NCBI GenBank assembly: GCA_046050355.1
Contig: JBJOPW010000017.1
Location: 1 to 18,615 of the forward strand
Length of the DNA: 18,615 nt
Direction of reading: 5' to 3'
Source of the DNA: Candidatus Parcubacteria bacterium
GTDB lineage: Bacteria > Patescibacteriota > Minisyncoccia > Phycocordibacterales > UBA918
Both the position numbers and the translations under genes were made by a program. Below the pieces are notes generated by a model. The model saw nothing but the letters and a program-made list of their open reading frames with translations, had not been told where the DNA came from and ran no database searches. This document shows positions 7,120-17,795 of this stretch, in pieces. Position 1 is the stretch's first letter. The number at the start of each line of letters is the position of its first letter.

Positions 7120-8634
7120 ATGCAAGCTTTTATGCAGAATGTTACTCGTCTACCTTTACTCTACCTCGACCGAACGCCGATGTATGGGGTGATTATGCAG
7201 GTGCTAGTCGCTCTCTACGCTAGTGCGCTCATGGCGTCACTTGGGGGCTATATTGGGTTTACCGTGATCGAACTTAGTCTCAGTGCGGTTGTCATCATGG
7301 TGACAGCGCTGGTGGTTAATATGCTCTGTGCATATGCCACCAAGGTACCGCTTCAGCACTACTCGTCAGTGATAACGGCACTTATTTTGATGCTACTCTT
7401 GCTTCCGTCCACACTCCCGTCCGACCTTTTTGCTTCAGCCGTCATCACGGCGCTAGCGATAGCGAGCAAGTATGTCATTGTCTACAAAAAGCAACATCTC
7501 CTTAATCCGGTAGCGGCTGGTCTGGTCCTTGGTGCACTCTTTGGATTTGGTGGCGGAGCATGGTGGGTGGCGTCATCGATTTTATTTATTCCGCTAGTGA
7601 TCGGTGGACTATTGGTAGCTGAGAAGGTCAAGCGCCTTGATATGGTGGCGGTCTTCCTTGGGGTGGCATTTATTCTCTATATGCTTGTGGCCTGGCCGCA
7701 ACCAGTGTCGACCTTTGAGCTCATTTCGACGTTCTTCATTTCCTACCCGTATGTCTTTTTGGCTTGCTTTATGCTCACCGAACCATTTACCATGCCAAGT
7801 CAAAAAAATATGCGTTACGCGTATGCAATGGTAGTGGCAAGTGTGGCCTTTTTACCATCGCTTGGTCCGGTTTCATTTTCGCCAGAGCTCGCGCTCATTA
7901 TTGGTAACATTGCCCTGGCCCCATTTGGGCAACGTCAAAAACTCATCTTGACGCTCAGCGGTCTCAAAAAAATCACCGGTTCAATTTACGAGTTTTCGTT
8001 TCCAAAGCCAGCAGGATTTATATTTAAAGCCGGTCAGTACATCGAGTGGATGGTTCCGCACAAAAAGAGTGATAGTCGTGGTACGCGCCGCTACTTCACG
8101 ATTGTCTCAGCGCCACAAGAGCACGAGCTGCGGTTAGCCTTTAAGCTGCCCGAAAAAGCCAGCAGCTACAAAACAGCGATGGTGAACCTCAAAGCCGGTG
8201 ACGTCGTTATCGGTTCGCAGCGTTCGGGTGACTTTATTCTGCCGACTGATCAGACAGAAAAACTTGGCTTCATTGCTGGTGGTATTGGTGTTACCCCGTT
8301 TGTCAGTCACGCGACAGCCCTTGCGCTGCAGGGTCAGACGCGAGATATCATGACGCTCTACTGTGTGGCGACTGCCGCTGATTTAGCCTATGTTGAGAAA
8401 CTTGAGAGCGCAGGTATCGTGGTGCCGGTAGTTGGTAGTGGCGAAGTACCACTTGGAGCAGAGTCGGGATTTCTCTCGGGCGATATTATTGCACGCCGCG
8501 TCCCTGACTACGCTGCGCGCACCTGGTACATCTCTGGTCCACCAAAAATGGTTGACGCTGCATACAAAGCATTGCGAACGCTTGGAGTGCCCACACGTCG
8601 TATTCACCGCGACTTTTTCCCAGGATTGGCGTAG
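7120..8634 (+). CDS. RnfD/NqrB-like membrane domain fused to an FNR-type FAD/NAD(P)-binding oxidoreductase
   Basis: The N-terminal ~270 aa is polytopic with HLLNPVAAG and FMLTEPFTMP (RnfD/NqrB-like). The C-terminus has FKAGQY, RRYFTIVS, FIAGGIGVTPF and YISGPPKM. Confidence 0.88.
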   Translation: MQAFMQNVTRLPLLYLDRTPMYGVIMQVLVALYASALMASLGGYIGFTVIELSLSAVVIMVTALVVNMLCAYATKVPLQHYSSVITALILMLLLLPSTLPSDLFASAVITALAIASKYVIVYKKQHLLNPVAAGLVLGALFGFGGGAWWVASSILFIPLVIGGLLVAEKVKRLDMVAVFLGVAFILYMLVAWPQPVSTFELISTFFISYPYVFLACFMLTEPFTMPSQKNMRYAYAMVVASVAFLPSLGPVSFSPELALIIGNIALAPFGQRQKLILTLSGLKKITGSIYEFSFPKPAGFIFKAGQYIEWMVPHKKSDSRGTRRYFTIVSAPQEHELRLAFKLPEKASSYKTAMVNLKAGDVVIGSQRSGDFILPTDQTEKLGFIAGGIGVTPFVSHATALALQGQTRDIMTLYCVATAADLAYVEKLESAGIVVPVVGSGEVPLGAESGFLSGDIIARRVPDYAARTWYISGPPKMVDAAYKALRTLGVPTRRIHRDFFPGLA

Positions 8635-8666
8635 GGTCACTCTCGATACTCACGTATACTACGTAT

Positions 8667-9971
8667 ATGTACTTTTCGCACAAAACGAGCAAAGCAATAC
8701 CAAGCAGCGCTGTTGAAGTGCTCAGTAACGAACTGACGCCTTATCTCGCATCACTGCGACGGACAGTTGAACAGGGAGGCTATAGTGCTCCCGAAGCGTC
8801 ACTTTCGGTCCCAACTGACGAATATATGCAGACGGCCGTTGAGGTTATCCTCGATAAGGTGTATACCAAATCCCTCCGCTTCGTCTTTGTTATAGGGATT
8901 GGCGGTTCAAATCTCGGCACCAAAGCCGTCTACGATGCCATGGCCAGTGCTCGTGACCAAGCGCCTCATCACCAACCACGACTTATCTTTATTGATACCA
9001 CTGATAGTGCGCTTCTTGCGACCGCACAAGCACTTATCAAAAAAGCCGAACACGCCAACGAAGTATTGTTTATCGTCATTAGTAAATCTGGAACAACCAC
9101 CGAGACGATTGCAAACGCTGAGATACTCTTAGCCTCGTTCGCTGATCGCTTTGGCCGTAACGCGAGGCGAGTGGTAGTTATGAGTGAGACCGGCTCACCA
9201 CTCCTTGCCGCTGCCCGTGAGCAGCAGATGCATACGCTTGATTTACCACCGACGGTGGGTGGCCGCTATTCCGTCTTTACGCCGGTTGGACTGCTGCCGC
9301 TGGCGCTCATGGGCTTTCCTGTACGCGAGATGCGTACAGTAGCGCATACCCGCATCGAAAAATCACTCCATCCTGATGTGGTCTTAAACGACACTGCGCT
9401 CTCAGCGCTCACACAGTATTATTTTTATCGAGAGAATATTCGTCAGCACGATACGTTTGTATTTAGTCCGGCGCTTGAATCAGTGGGGAAGTGGTATCGC
9501 CAGTTGCTCGGTGAGAGTATCGGGAAGCTCCTTGTGGGAGATGAGAGTAAGCGTGTAGGTATTACCCCGACGGTGACCGTGGGGTCAACCGATCTCCACT
9601 CAGTCGGGCAGCTCTATCTCGGCGGGCCGCGTGACCGCCTCACGACGTTTGTCAGTATTGTGAATCGTACCGATGTGGCGATGCCAGCCATGCGTGCCTG
9701 GCCAGATATCGTGCCAATGGTCAGTGGCAAAAGTGCTAACTCTATTCTTGGTGCCATTGAATCCGGTACCAAAGCGGCGTACGATACAAATAATCTTCCG
9801 TACCTGGAACTGAAGCTTGATGCCCTGACGCCCGAAGCAATCGCAGATTTTATGCAGTTTAAGATGTGCGAGACAATGATGCTTGGACAGCTCTTACGGG
9901 TTAATCCATTTGATCAACCGCACGTAGAACAGTACAAGACGGTCACGAAACAGATCTTAGAACAAAAATAA
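8667..9971 (+). CDS. pgi: Glucose-6-phosphate isomerase
   Basis: GIGGSNLG, ISKSGTTTET, VGGRYSVF, QLLGESIGK, DLHSVGQ and NPFDQPHVEQYK. Confidence 0.95.
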   Translation: MYFSHKTSKAIPSSAVEVLSNELTPYLASLRRTVEQGGYSAPEASLSVPTDEYMQTAVEVILDKVYTKSLRFVFVIGIGGSNLGTKAVYDAMASARDQAPHHQPRLIFIDTTDSALLATAQALIKKAEHANEVLFIVISKSGTTTETIANAEILLASFADRFGRNARRVVVMSETGSPLLAAAREQQMHTLDLPPTVGGRYSVFTPVGLLPLALMGFPVREMRTVAHTRIEKSLHPDVVLNDTALSALTQYYFYRENIRQHDTFVFSPALESVGKWYRQLLGESIGKLLVGDESKRVGITPTVTVGSTDLHSVGQLYLGGPRDRLTTFVSIVNRTDVAMPAMRAWPDIVPMVSGKSANSILGAIESGTKAAYDTNNLPYLELKLDALTPEAIADFMQFKMCETMMLGQLLRVNPFDQPHVEQYKTVTKQILEQK

Positions 9972-9981
9972 TCACTACCAT

Positions 9982-10227
9982 ATGCACGAATCAAAACGTC
10001 GGAGTTTAATGAAAGGACTCACCTGGCGCATCACCGCTTCAGTCACGACGATGTTGATTGTATTCATAATGACCGGAAATCTCGCACTGGTCGCCGGCGT
10101 CGGACTAGCCGATGTGACCCTTAAGGTGTTCTTTTACTACATCCACGAACGAGTGTGGGGCAGGGTGCATTGGGGTGTACTCGGTCCTGAACCAAAAAGA
10201 CCCACTAATCAGCCATCTTCTTTGTAA
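9982..10227 (+). CDS. Small membrane protein, DUF2061-like
   Basis: ESKRRSLMKGLTWR and K..FYYIHERVW..V.WG signature. Confidence 0.85.
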   Translation: MHESKRRSLMKGLTWRITASVTTMLIVFIMTGNLALVAGVGLADVTLKVFFYYIHERVWGRVHWGVLGPEPKRPTNQPSSL

Positions 10228-10486
10228 AATGAGCCACAGAGCCGCAGGCGACAATGGCAAATTTTCGCGAGCAAAGCCTATTCCTAATGGCTTTGTCCGC
10301 GCCGTATCACTTTGTTATCCCTCGCCTCCTTACAGGAGCAGTACACCTTGTCGCTACTTTCTCGTTATCACTCAAAAGCTAGCTGGCAAGGTCTTGCGAA
10401 ATGGGTCCCAACCCATTTCTCACCTGAATCTGACTGATCATTGACTCTTTTTATAGAATAGATAATCATTTTCGCACATACTAACG

Positions 10487-10514
10487 TTGCAAATACTCGA
10501 TTTTCTGGTATCAT
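10487..10514 (+). promoter_or_regulatory. Candidate atp operon promoter
   Basis: TTGCAA (10487-10492), 16 nt, TATCAT (10509-10514) with an extended TG, 40 nt before ATG 10554. Confidence 0.45.
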
Positions 10515-10553
10515 GCGGGCGCATAAGGGACTCCTTTGTGCACCGAACTGTTC

Positions 10554-11342
10554 ATGTCACTTATTGCTACTGCTCACGCTGCTGAATCAACCCATGGAGG
10601 AATCCACGTGGCGCTTGCTCCGTATGTGGTCGGACATGTCTTTGGTGTACCGATTACCTCAACGCTTATTACTGCCTGGGTGGGGATGCTTATCCTCACG
10701 GTAGTAGCCCTCCTGGTACGTCGTCGTCTCGCCCTTATTCCCGGCAAACTCCAGAGTGTCATGGAGATGATCGTCGGTGGTGTGTACGACTACATGGCTG
10801 ATGTACTCGAGAGCCGTACTTTGGCTCGTCGGTATTTCCCGGTGGTGATGACTATTTTCCTCTTTATCCTGACCTTGAACTGGTTTGGACTTTTCCCGGG
10901 GGTAACCTCCATTGGTCAGTACGTCGGCCACGGTGAAGAAACGCACTTTGTGCCATATCTCTACCCAGCGGCCACAGATCTCAATATCACGCTCGCGTTT
11001 GCGCTCATTGCCTTCTTTACGATTCAATTTTCGGGCATCGTCGCCATTGGTGCGTTTAAGTACGCCGGAAAGTTCATCAATTTCTCCTCACCACTCAATT
11101 TTGCGGTGGGTATTATCGAGCTCATTTCCGAAATTGCTCGTCTCATCTCATTCTCATTCCGACTCTTTGGAAACATCTTCGCCGGAAAGACGCTCCTTGT
11201 CGTGGTGATGTTCTTTGTACCGTACGTCGTACCAGTGCCAATTATGGCCTTTGAAGTCTTCGTCGGATTTATCCAAGCCTTTGTGTTTGCGATTTTGACG
11301 TTGTTCTTTATCAAGATTGCGACCGAAGAACCAGCACATTGA
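10554..11342 (+). CDS. atpB: F0F1 ATP synthase subunit a
   Basis: PGKLQ, NWFGLFPG, TDLNITLA, ISFSFRLFGNIFAG (essential Arg) and FIQAFVFAILT. ATG 10554 is preferred over TTG 10536. Confidence 0.97.
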   Translation: MSLIATAHAAESTHGGIHVALAPYVVGHVFGVPITSTLITAWVGMLILTVVALLVRRRLALIPGKLQSVMEMIVGGVYDYMADVLESRTLARRYFPVVMTIFLFILTLNWFGLFPGVTSIGQYVGHGEETHFVPYLYPAATDLNITLAFALIAFFTIQFSGIVAIGAFKYAGKFINFSSPLNFAVGIIELISEIARLISFSFRLFGNIFAGKTLLVVVMFFVPYVVPVPIMAFEVFVGFIQAFVFAILTLFFIKIATEEPAH

Positions 11343-11421
11343 CCCCGTTAGAAACTTCTCCACTTAGGTTTTAGAATAACTCAGAACCATACAACATGAG
11401 AGAAGAGGTTTCTAACGGGGT
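11342..11421. repeat. 80-bp element bounded by 18-bp inverted repeats (family A, copy 1)
   Basis: ACCCCGTTAGAAACTTCT (11342-11359) and AGAGGTTTCTAACGGGGT (11404-11421), one mismatch. It starts at the last base of the atpB stop. Confidence 0.85.
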
Positions 11422-11498
11422 GAACGGGTTTAATGGCCAATAACGAGCCCTGAAATAATTCAGAGTTCGCGTTGTCCATTAGAAGTAAAAGTTTATAA

Positions 11499-11777
<279 letters not shown>

Positions 11778-11780
<3 letters not shown>

Positions 11781-11904
11781 AGATTTCTAAAATTGGCGAA
11801 CTGCTTTGTTGTTGCTCGAAAATTTTTATTCACTGTACACCTACGTACACCTCATAAAAATTTTCTCGCACGCCTCGCATTTCATCCAATTTTAAAAATC
11901 TTTA
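11778..11904. repeat. 127-bp long interrupted hairpin element (MITE-like or structured RNA)
   Basis: Outer IR 11778-11796/11886-11904 (18 of 19), inner perfect IR GAAAATTTTTAT/ATAAAAATTTTC (11818-11829/11854-11865), apical TGTAC/GTACA. Confidence 0.8.
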
Positions 11905-11951
11905 GTTGCCGTACGCTCGCACAATAGAATTATTAGTCTCACAAACACATC

Positions 11952-12401
11952 ATGGAAGAAATCATCAAAGCCTTTGGTATCGACGGACGACTCATCGTCA
12001 TCCAGGTCGTGAACTTCGCCATCCTCATGGGGATTTTGGGCTACTTCTTGTACAACCCAATTTTGCGTCTCCTTGAGGAACGTGAAGCCAAGATAAAGAA
12101 AGGTATCGAAGACGCTGAAGCTGCGGCCAAGGCCAAGGCACAAGCTGATGTCGAAAAGGCCGCGGTCCTCACTGTGGCTCATGGTGAAGCTAGTGAGATT
12201 AATGCGCGCGCGAAAGTAGCAGCTGATGCAAAAGCCGGCACCATCGTTGGTGAAGCCGAAGAGAAAGCTAACGCCATCGTGCGGAGTGCTGAACTGCGTG
12301 CCACTGAAGCTGCTGCCAAAATCCAAAAAGACGCTGAAGGAGAAATCGCGAAGACTGCTATTTTAGCAGTTGAGAAGATGCTCCGTGAGCGCACCTCATA
12401 A
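11952..12401 (+). CDS. atpF: F0F1 ATP synthase subunit b
   Basis: QVVNFAIL..LYNPI..LEERE, then an Ala/Glu/Lys coiled coil. Operon position fits. Confidence 0.95.
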   Translation: MEEIIKAFGIDGRLIVIQVVNFAILMGILGYFLYNPILRLLEEREAKIKKGIEDAEAAAKAKAQADVEKAAVLTVAHGEASEINARAKVAADAKAGTIVGEAEEKANAIVRSAELRATEAAAKIQKDAEGEIAKTAILAVEKMLRERTS

Positions 12402-12404
12402 TCT

Positions 12405-12782
12405 ATGCACGATTTTTACGTCACTGCGGTTGTAGAAAGTCTCAAAGCTGGTCACAAGCCATCCGAGGTTTTTCTCGGCCTCAAGCGTGTTCTGGCACGG
12501 CGTGGGCACGAACGTCTCTTGCCCCGGATTGTACGGACGCTTGAGCGCGAAGCGCTGCGTCGCACTGGCGCTGGCACCGCTACCCTCACGGTAGCAAAGG
12601 CCGCAGACGCCGATAGTGCAGTTGTGGTCTCCCTCCTCAAAGAGATGGCAGTTGGTGAGAAGCCAACGGTTATTATCGACGAGACCATCATAGGTGGTGC
12701 CAAGCTCCGCAGTGGCGACACCGAAATCGACGCAACCTACAAAACCACCCTTATTAACCTCTATCACACTATTACTAAGTAA
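12405..12782 (+). CDS. atpH: F0F1 ATP synthase subunit delta (short form)
   Basis: C-terminal DETIIGG...GDTEIDAT motif, located between atpF and atpA. Confidence 0.88.
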   Translation: MHDFYVTAVVESLKAGHKPSEVFLGLKRVLARRGHERLLPRIVRTLEREALRRTGAGTATLTVAKAADADSAVVVSLLKEMAVGEKPTVIIDETIIGGAKLRSGDTEIDATYKTTLINLYHTITK

Positions 12783-12794
12783 TTATTATTCTCT

Positions 12795-14360
12795 ATGAGT
12801 ACACCAATTATTGAACGCATCAAAAAAGAAATTGAAGGACTTGATCTCAAGGCGGTAGCACAATCTGTGGGCACGGTCGTGTCTGTGGGTGACGGTATTG
12901 CCGAAATCGAAGGACTCGCTGATGCGCAGATGATGGAGATGGTGGTCTTCGCGACCAGTGAAGGGGCTACCCTGGAGACCGCTCTTGCAAGTGAGGGTGC
13001 GCTCTATGGTCTCATTCTGAACCTCGAAGAGGATAGTGTGAAAGTGGTAATCTTGGGTGAAAGTACACTCGTGCGTGAGGGTATGACCGTGTATCGCACC
13101 AAGAAGCTTCTCTCAGTACCAGTGGGTGCTGGTATCGTAGGACGAGTAGTAGATGCGCTCGGGCAGCCGATTGATGGTAAGGGTGCAATCAAGACCGACC
13201 GCGACATGCCTATCGAGCGTGTGGCGTACGGCGTGATGGATCGTTCGAGTGTGAACGAACCGATCCACACCGGTATCAAGGCGATCGACTCAATGATCCC
13301 AATTGGGCGTGGACAACGCGAACTCATCATTGGTGACCGAGGGACAGGAAAGACGACGATTGCTATCGACACCATCATCAACCAGAAGTACGAACCAGCA
13401 GACAAGCGCCCAATCTGTATCTATGTAGCGATTGGTCAGAAGCGCTCAAAGACTGCGACCATCATGGCGGAACTCGAAAAGGCTGGTGCGATGGAATACA
13501 CCACTATCATTGCGACCTCAGCCTCTGAGGCGTCACCAATGCTCTTCCTCGCACCATTTACTGGTGCGGCTATCGGCGAGTACTTCATGGAGCAGGGGAA
13601 GGATGTGGTGGTCGTATTTGACGACCTCTCAAAGCACGCGGTGGCGTACCGCCAGATGTCACTCCTTCTCCGTCGTCCACCAGGACGTGAAGCGTATCCA
13701 GGTGATATCTTCTACCTCCACTCACGCCTTCTTGAGCGATCAGCGAAGCTCTCAAAGGAACTTGGTGGCGGCTCAATTACCGCCCTCCCAATTATCGAAA
13801 CCCAGGAAGGTGACGTATCGGCCTACATTCCAACCAACGTCATCTCAATTACAGATGGTCAGATATTCCTCGAAGGTGACCTCTTCAACAAGGGTATTCG
13901 TCCAGCCCTCAACGTCGGTATCTCCGTATCACGCGTGGGTAGTAGTGCGCAAACGAAAGCCATGAAGGCCGTAGCCGGCAAGATTCGTCTTGAGCTCGCG
14001 CAGTTCCGCGAACTCGAGGCCTTTATGCAGTTTGCGAGTGATCTCGATGAGGACACCAAAAAGCGTATCGACAGTGGTCGCAAGTATGTCGAGCTCCTCA
14101 AGCAAACGCAGAGTAACCCAATGCCGTTCTACAAGCAGGTAGTCTCTATCTATGGTGCCAACACTGGCCTCCTTGATAATGCTGAAGCGAAGAAGGTGCA
14201 GGCAATCGAAGTCGCTTTCCACGAATTTATCGAACGTGACCGCAAGGCCATCCTCGATACCATCGAAACCGAGCGAGCGCTCAGTGACGAAACCAAGGCC
14301 CTCCTTGATACCGCTATCGTAGACTTCAAGCAGGCTAATGCGCAGTACTACAGTGCATAA
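12795..14360 (+). CDS. atpA: F0F1 ATP synthase subunit alpha
   Basis: [29 protein letters not shown] and [11 protein letters not shown]. Confidence 0.99.
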   Translation: MSTPIIERIKKEIEGLDLKAVAQSVGTVVSVGDGIAEIEGLADAQMMEMVVFATSEGATLETALASEGALYGLILNLEEDSVKVVILGESTLVREGMTVYRTKKLLSVPVGAGIVGRVVDALGQPIDGKGAIKTDRDMPIERVAYGVMDRSSVNEPIHTGIKAIDSMIPIGRGQRELIIGDRGTGKTTIAIDTIINQKYEPADKRPICIYVAIGQKRSKTATIMAELEKAGAMEYTTIIATSASEASPMLFLAPFTGAAIGEYFMEQGKDVVVVFDDLSKHAVAYRQMSLLLRRPPGREAYPGDIFYLHSRLLERSAKLSKELGGGSITALPIIETQEGDVSAYIPTNVISITDGQIFLEGDLFNKGIRPALNVGISVSRVGSSAQTKAMKAVAGKIRLELAQFRELEAFMQFASDLDEDTKKRIDSGRKYVELLKQTQSNPMPFYKQVVSIYGANTGLLDNAEAKKVQAIEVAFHEFIERDRKAILDTIETERALSDETKALLDTAIVDFKQANAQYYSA

Positions 14361-14387
14361 TAAAATATGAAAAGTTTGGTCGATATT

Positions 14388-14428
14388 AGTAAAAATAGAA
14401 CAGGCGCCGCAGATTTCTCCGCGACGCC
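14388..14428 (-). terminator. Intrinsic terminator of the antisense ORF 14439..14681
   Basis: Minus strand GGCGTCGCGGA-GAAA-TCTGCGGCGCC, then TGTTCTATTTTT. Confidence 0.7.
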
Positions 14429-14438
14429 CGTGGGGGTG

Positions 14439-14681
14439 TCAGAGCCGAACGTAGATGGGCGCGATGCGTTCCAGCACGTCGCCGGCACTGTTCACAAAGG
14501 TCAAGATCGGGCCATCAAAATAGAACGCTCGCACTCGGGCCGGCACATGCAGATCGATCTTCTGCAGCTTACTGACGCCTATGTGGCAATCTGCAATGAT
14601 CAGTCTCTCAGCCTCTTGTGCGATAGGGTATTTGACCGACGGTGCCAGAATCTCACCGATAATCATTTCGAGTCCACGCAT
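14439..14681 (-). CDS. Hypothetical 80-aa protein, antisense within the atp operon
   Basis: AGGAG lies 7 nt before the ATG, with a promoter upstream and a terminator 10 nt after the stop. No recognised family. Confidence 0.65.
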   Translation of the reverse strand: MRGLEMIIGEILAPSVKYPIAQEAERLIIADCHIGVSKLQKIDLHVPARVRAFYFDGPILTFVNSAGDVLERIAPIYVRL

Positions 14682-14713
14682 GAGTTTACTCCTGTCGGGT
14701 TGCGCTGTTTCTC

Positions 14714-14742
14714 AGAATAGCATATATATATCATAATGTCAA
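14714..14742 (-). promoter_or_regulatory. Near-consensus sigma70 promoter pointing antisense into the atpA-atpG gap
   Basis: TTGACA (14742-14737), 17 nt, TATTCT (14719-14714) with an extended TG. The -35 box abuts the atpG ATG. Confidence 0.7.
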
Positions 14743-14743
14743 T

Positions 14744-15649
14744 ATGGCTCTCAAACAAATTAAAAACAAAATAATCTCGACCAAAAAGACTGGCAAAGTG
14801 ACCAAGGCGATGGAGTCTGTCTCGGCGGTCAAAATGCGCAAGAGTCAGGAGCGCGCTTTTGCCAGTCGTCCGTATGTGCATGCTGCCATGCGTATCCTTT
14901 CGCGTGTCTCAAGTAGTGACGAGGCCCTCCAGCATCCACTCGCGCAAAAGCGCACGGCGGCGAAGCGTCTCGTGGTCATGGTGACGAGTGACAAAGGACT
15001 TGCTGGTAGTGTGAACAGTGCGGTCCTCAAGCAAGCCGACATCCTGCGTCGCAGTGGGGTGGAGTTTGATGTGATTGCGATTGGTCGCAAGGCGGTTGAG
15101 TACGCTGATCGTGAGGGCATCACGATTGTGGCGAAGTATATGAACGTGGCAGATGATGTCACGATTGCGGACGTGTACGCGATGGCGGACGTCGCCATGA
15201 GCGCGTTTAAGGGCACTGACACCTACGGTGAGGTAAATGTCATCTACCAAAACTTTATTTCGACCTTCGAACAGGCACCGACCCTCCGTCAGGTGTTGCC
15301 GCTCGACCCAGCCGAGATTCACTACATCATGCAGGGTATCAAGCCCAAGCATGGGAAGTTTAGTGACGAAGTGGTGGCAGGGGACAGTGTGGTCAATTAC
15401 ACCATTGAACCATCAGCCACTGCGGTCCTCGATGCGCTTATTCCACAGCTCGTGCAGATCCTTCTCTACCACGCACTCCTTGAGAGTAAGGCGTCTGAGC
15501 ACTCAGCTCGTATGGTGGCGATGAAGAACGCCACTGATAAGAGTAAGGAGGTGATTAAGGCGCTCACGATCAAGTTCAACAAAGCCCGCCAGGCAAAGAT
15601 TACGGCAGAAATTTCAGAAATCACAGCTGGTGTCGCCGCGATGGAGTAA
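14744..15649 (+). CDS. atpG: F0F1 ATP synthase subunit gamma
   Basis: KVTKAME.VSAVK, TSDKGLAG, SEHSARMVAMKNATD and NKARQAKITAEISEI. Confidence 0.99.
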   Translation: MALKQIKNKIISTKKTGKVTKAMESVSAVKMRKSQERAFASRPYVHAAMRILSRVSSSDEALQHPLAQKRTAAKRLVVMVTSDKGLAGSVNSAVLKQADILRRSGVEFDVIAIGRKAVEYADREGITIVAKYMNVADDVTIADVYAMADVAMSAFKGTDTYGEVNVIYQNFISTFEQAPTLRQVLPLDPAEIHYIMQGIKPKHGKFSDEVVAGDSVVNYTIEPSATAVLDALIPQLVQILLYHALLESKASEHSARMVAMKNATDKSKEVIKALTIKFNKARQAKITAEISEITAGVAAME

Positions 15650-15662
15650 CCTCTAAAATTAT

Positions 15663-15998
15663 ATGGAAAGTCGACGTCAAGAAAAATTTCAAAGTTCAGT
15701 TCGAACAGAAGCACAAATGAATGTGTTGCTAACAAATGCTATCGAACAATCAATTGGAGTGTTTTCTGTCGATTTACAACAATCCGAAATTGATGAACTT
15801 CTTGGTTTGGCTGCTGAGGCCCATACTGATCCCGTCGGAAAAATTAACGAACTGAGAAGAATTGCGCGTCAGTCAGGGCGTTCAGAACTAAAAGGAGTGG
15901 TTAATAACATAATACTCACAATATCTGAGCATCTAACCAAAGCAGAGCGAGAACGGTTTGATCGTTTAGGAAAGACTTTACTTGATGATGTTGAGTAG
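15663..15998 (+). CDS. Hypothetical helical protein inserted between atpG and atpD
   Basis: 111-aa ORF 13 nt after the atpG stop, visibly AT-richer than the atp genes. No recognised motif. Confidence 0.65.
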   Translation: MESRRQEKFQSSVRTEAQMNVLLTNAIEQSIGVFSVDLQQSEIDELLGLAAEAHTDPVGKINELRRIARQSGRSELKGVVNNIILTISEHLTKAERERFDRLGKTLLDDVE

Positions 15999-16001
15999 TT
16001 T

Positions 16002-16041
16002 CGAGAGGAAAATTTTGAAACTTTTCAAAATTTTCCTCTCG
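16002..16041. repeat. 40-bp inverted repeat
   Basis: CGAGAGGAAAATTTTGAAA-ct-TTTCAAAATTTTCCTCTCG: perfect 19-bp arms, 3 nt after the stop of 15663..15998. Confidence 0.9.
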
Positions 16042-16065
16042 GGATTACCGAGTTTCAAACATTCA

Positions 16066-17515
<1,450 letters not shown>

Positions 17516-17567
17516 CGCTAATAGCAGCACCGCTTGTATTTTGAAGTTTTGATTGTATAATCAAATT

Positions 17568-17795
17568 ATGTCTGTCACAAAACTAAAAATTATTTTCGAC
17601 AAAGAAGCTGATGGGCGGCATATCGCTGAGGTACCAAGTTTGCCTGGTGTAATGGCTTATGGAGCAACCAAAGCCGAGGCTAAACGTAAAGTTTCAGCTA
17701 TTGCCCTACGAACGCTTGCGGACAGAGTCGAGCAAACGGGCGCGCGTGGTGTCGTTAACCAGTTATTCGCGTATGGGTCAGTGGCCGGCCGCTAA
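17568..17795 (+). CDS. hicB: HicB-family antitoxin, short form without a C-terminal DNA-binding domain (75 aa)
   Basis: EADGRHIAEVPSLPGVMAYGATKAEA signature. ATG 17568 lies 6 nt after TATAAT. Confidence 0.9.
   Translation: MSVTKLKIIFDKEADGRHIAEVPSLPGVMAYGATKAEAKRKVSAIALRTLADRVEQTGARGVVNQLFAYGSVAGR

Noticed and set aside
7120-8634. Complete Rnf or Nqr complex
   Set aside because: No other rnf/nqr subunits (A, B, C, E, or NqrA/D/E) occur in the window. Only a D/B-like domain fused to FNR and an FMN-binding partner are present.
10175-10444. 89-aa ORF upstream of atpB
   Set aside because: It overlaps the DUF2061-like gene, has a non-ATG start and an unprotein-like composition. The region looks structured and non-coding.
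14367-14720. + strand 117-aa ORF as the atpA-atpG insert
   Set aside because: The opposite strand has a promoter, SD and terminator framing an 80-aa ORF, and the + ORF reads through that hairpin. It is not fully excluded, since it starts 6 nt after the atpA stop.
17659-17772. Long 108-aa HicA start and the 17553 HicB start from the track
   Set aside because: Family-typical N-termini begin at ATG 17773 and ATG 17568. The extensions overlap hicB or the -10 box.
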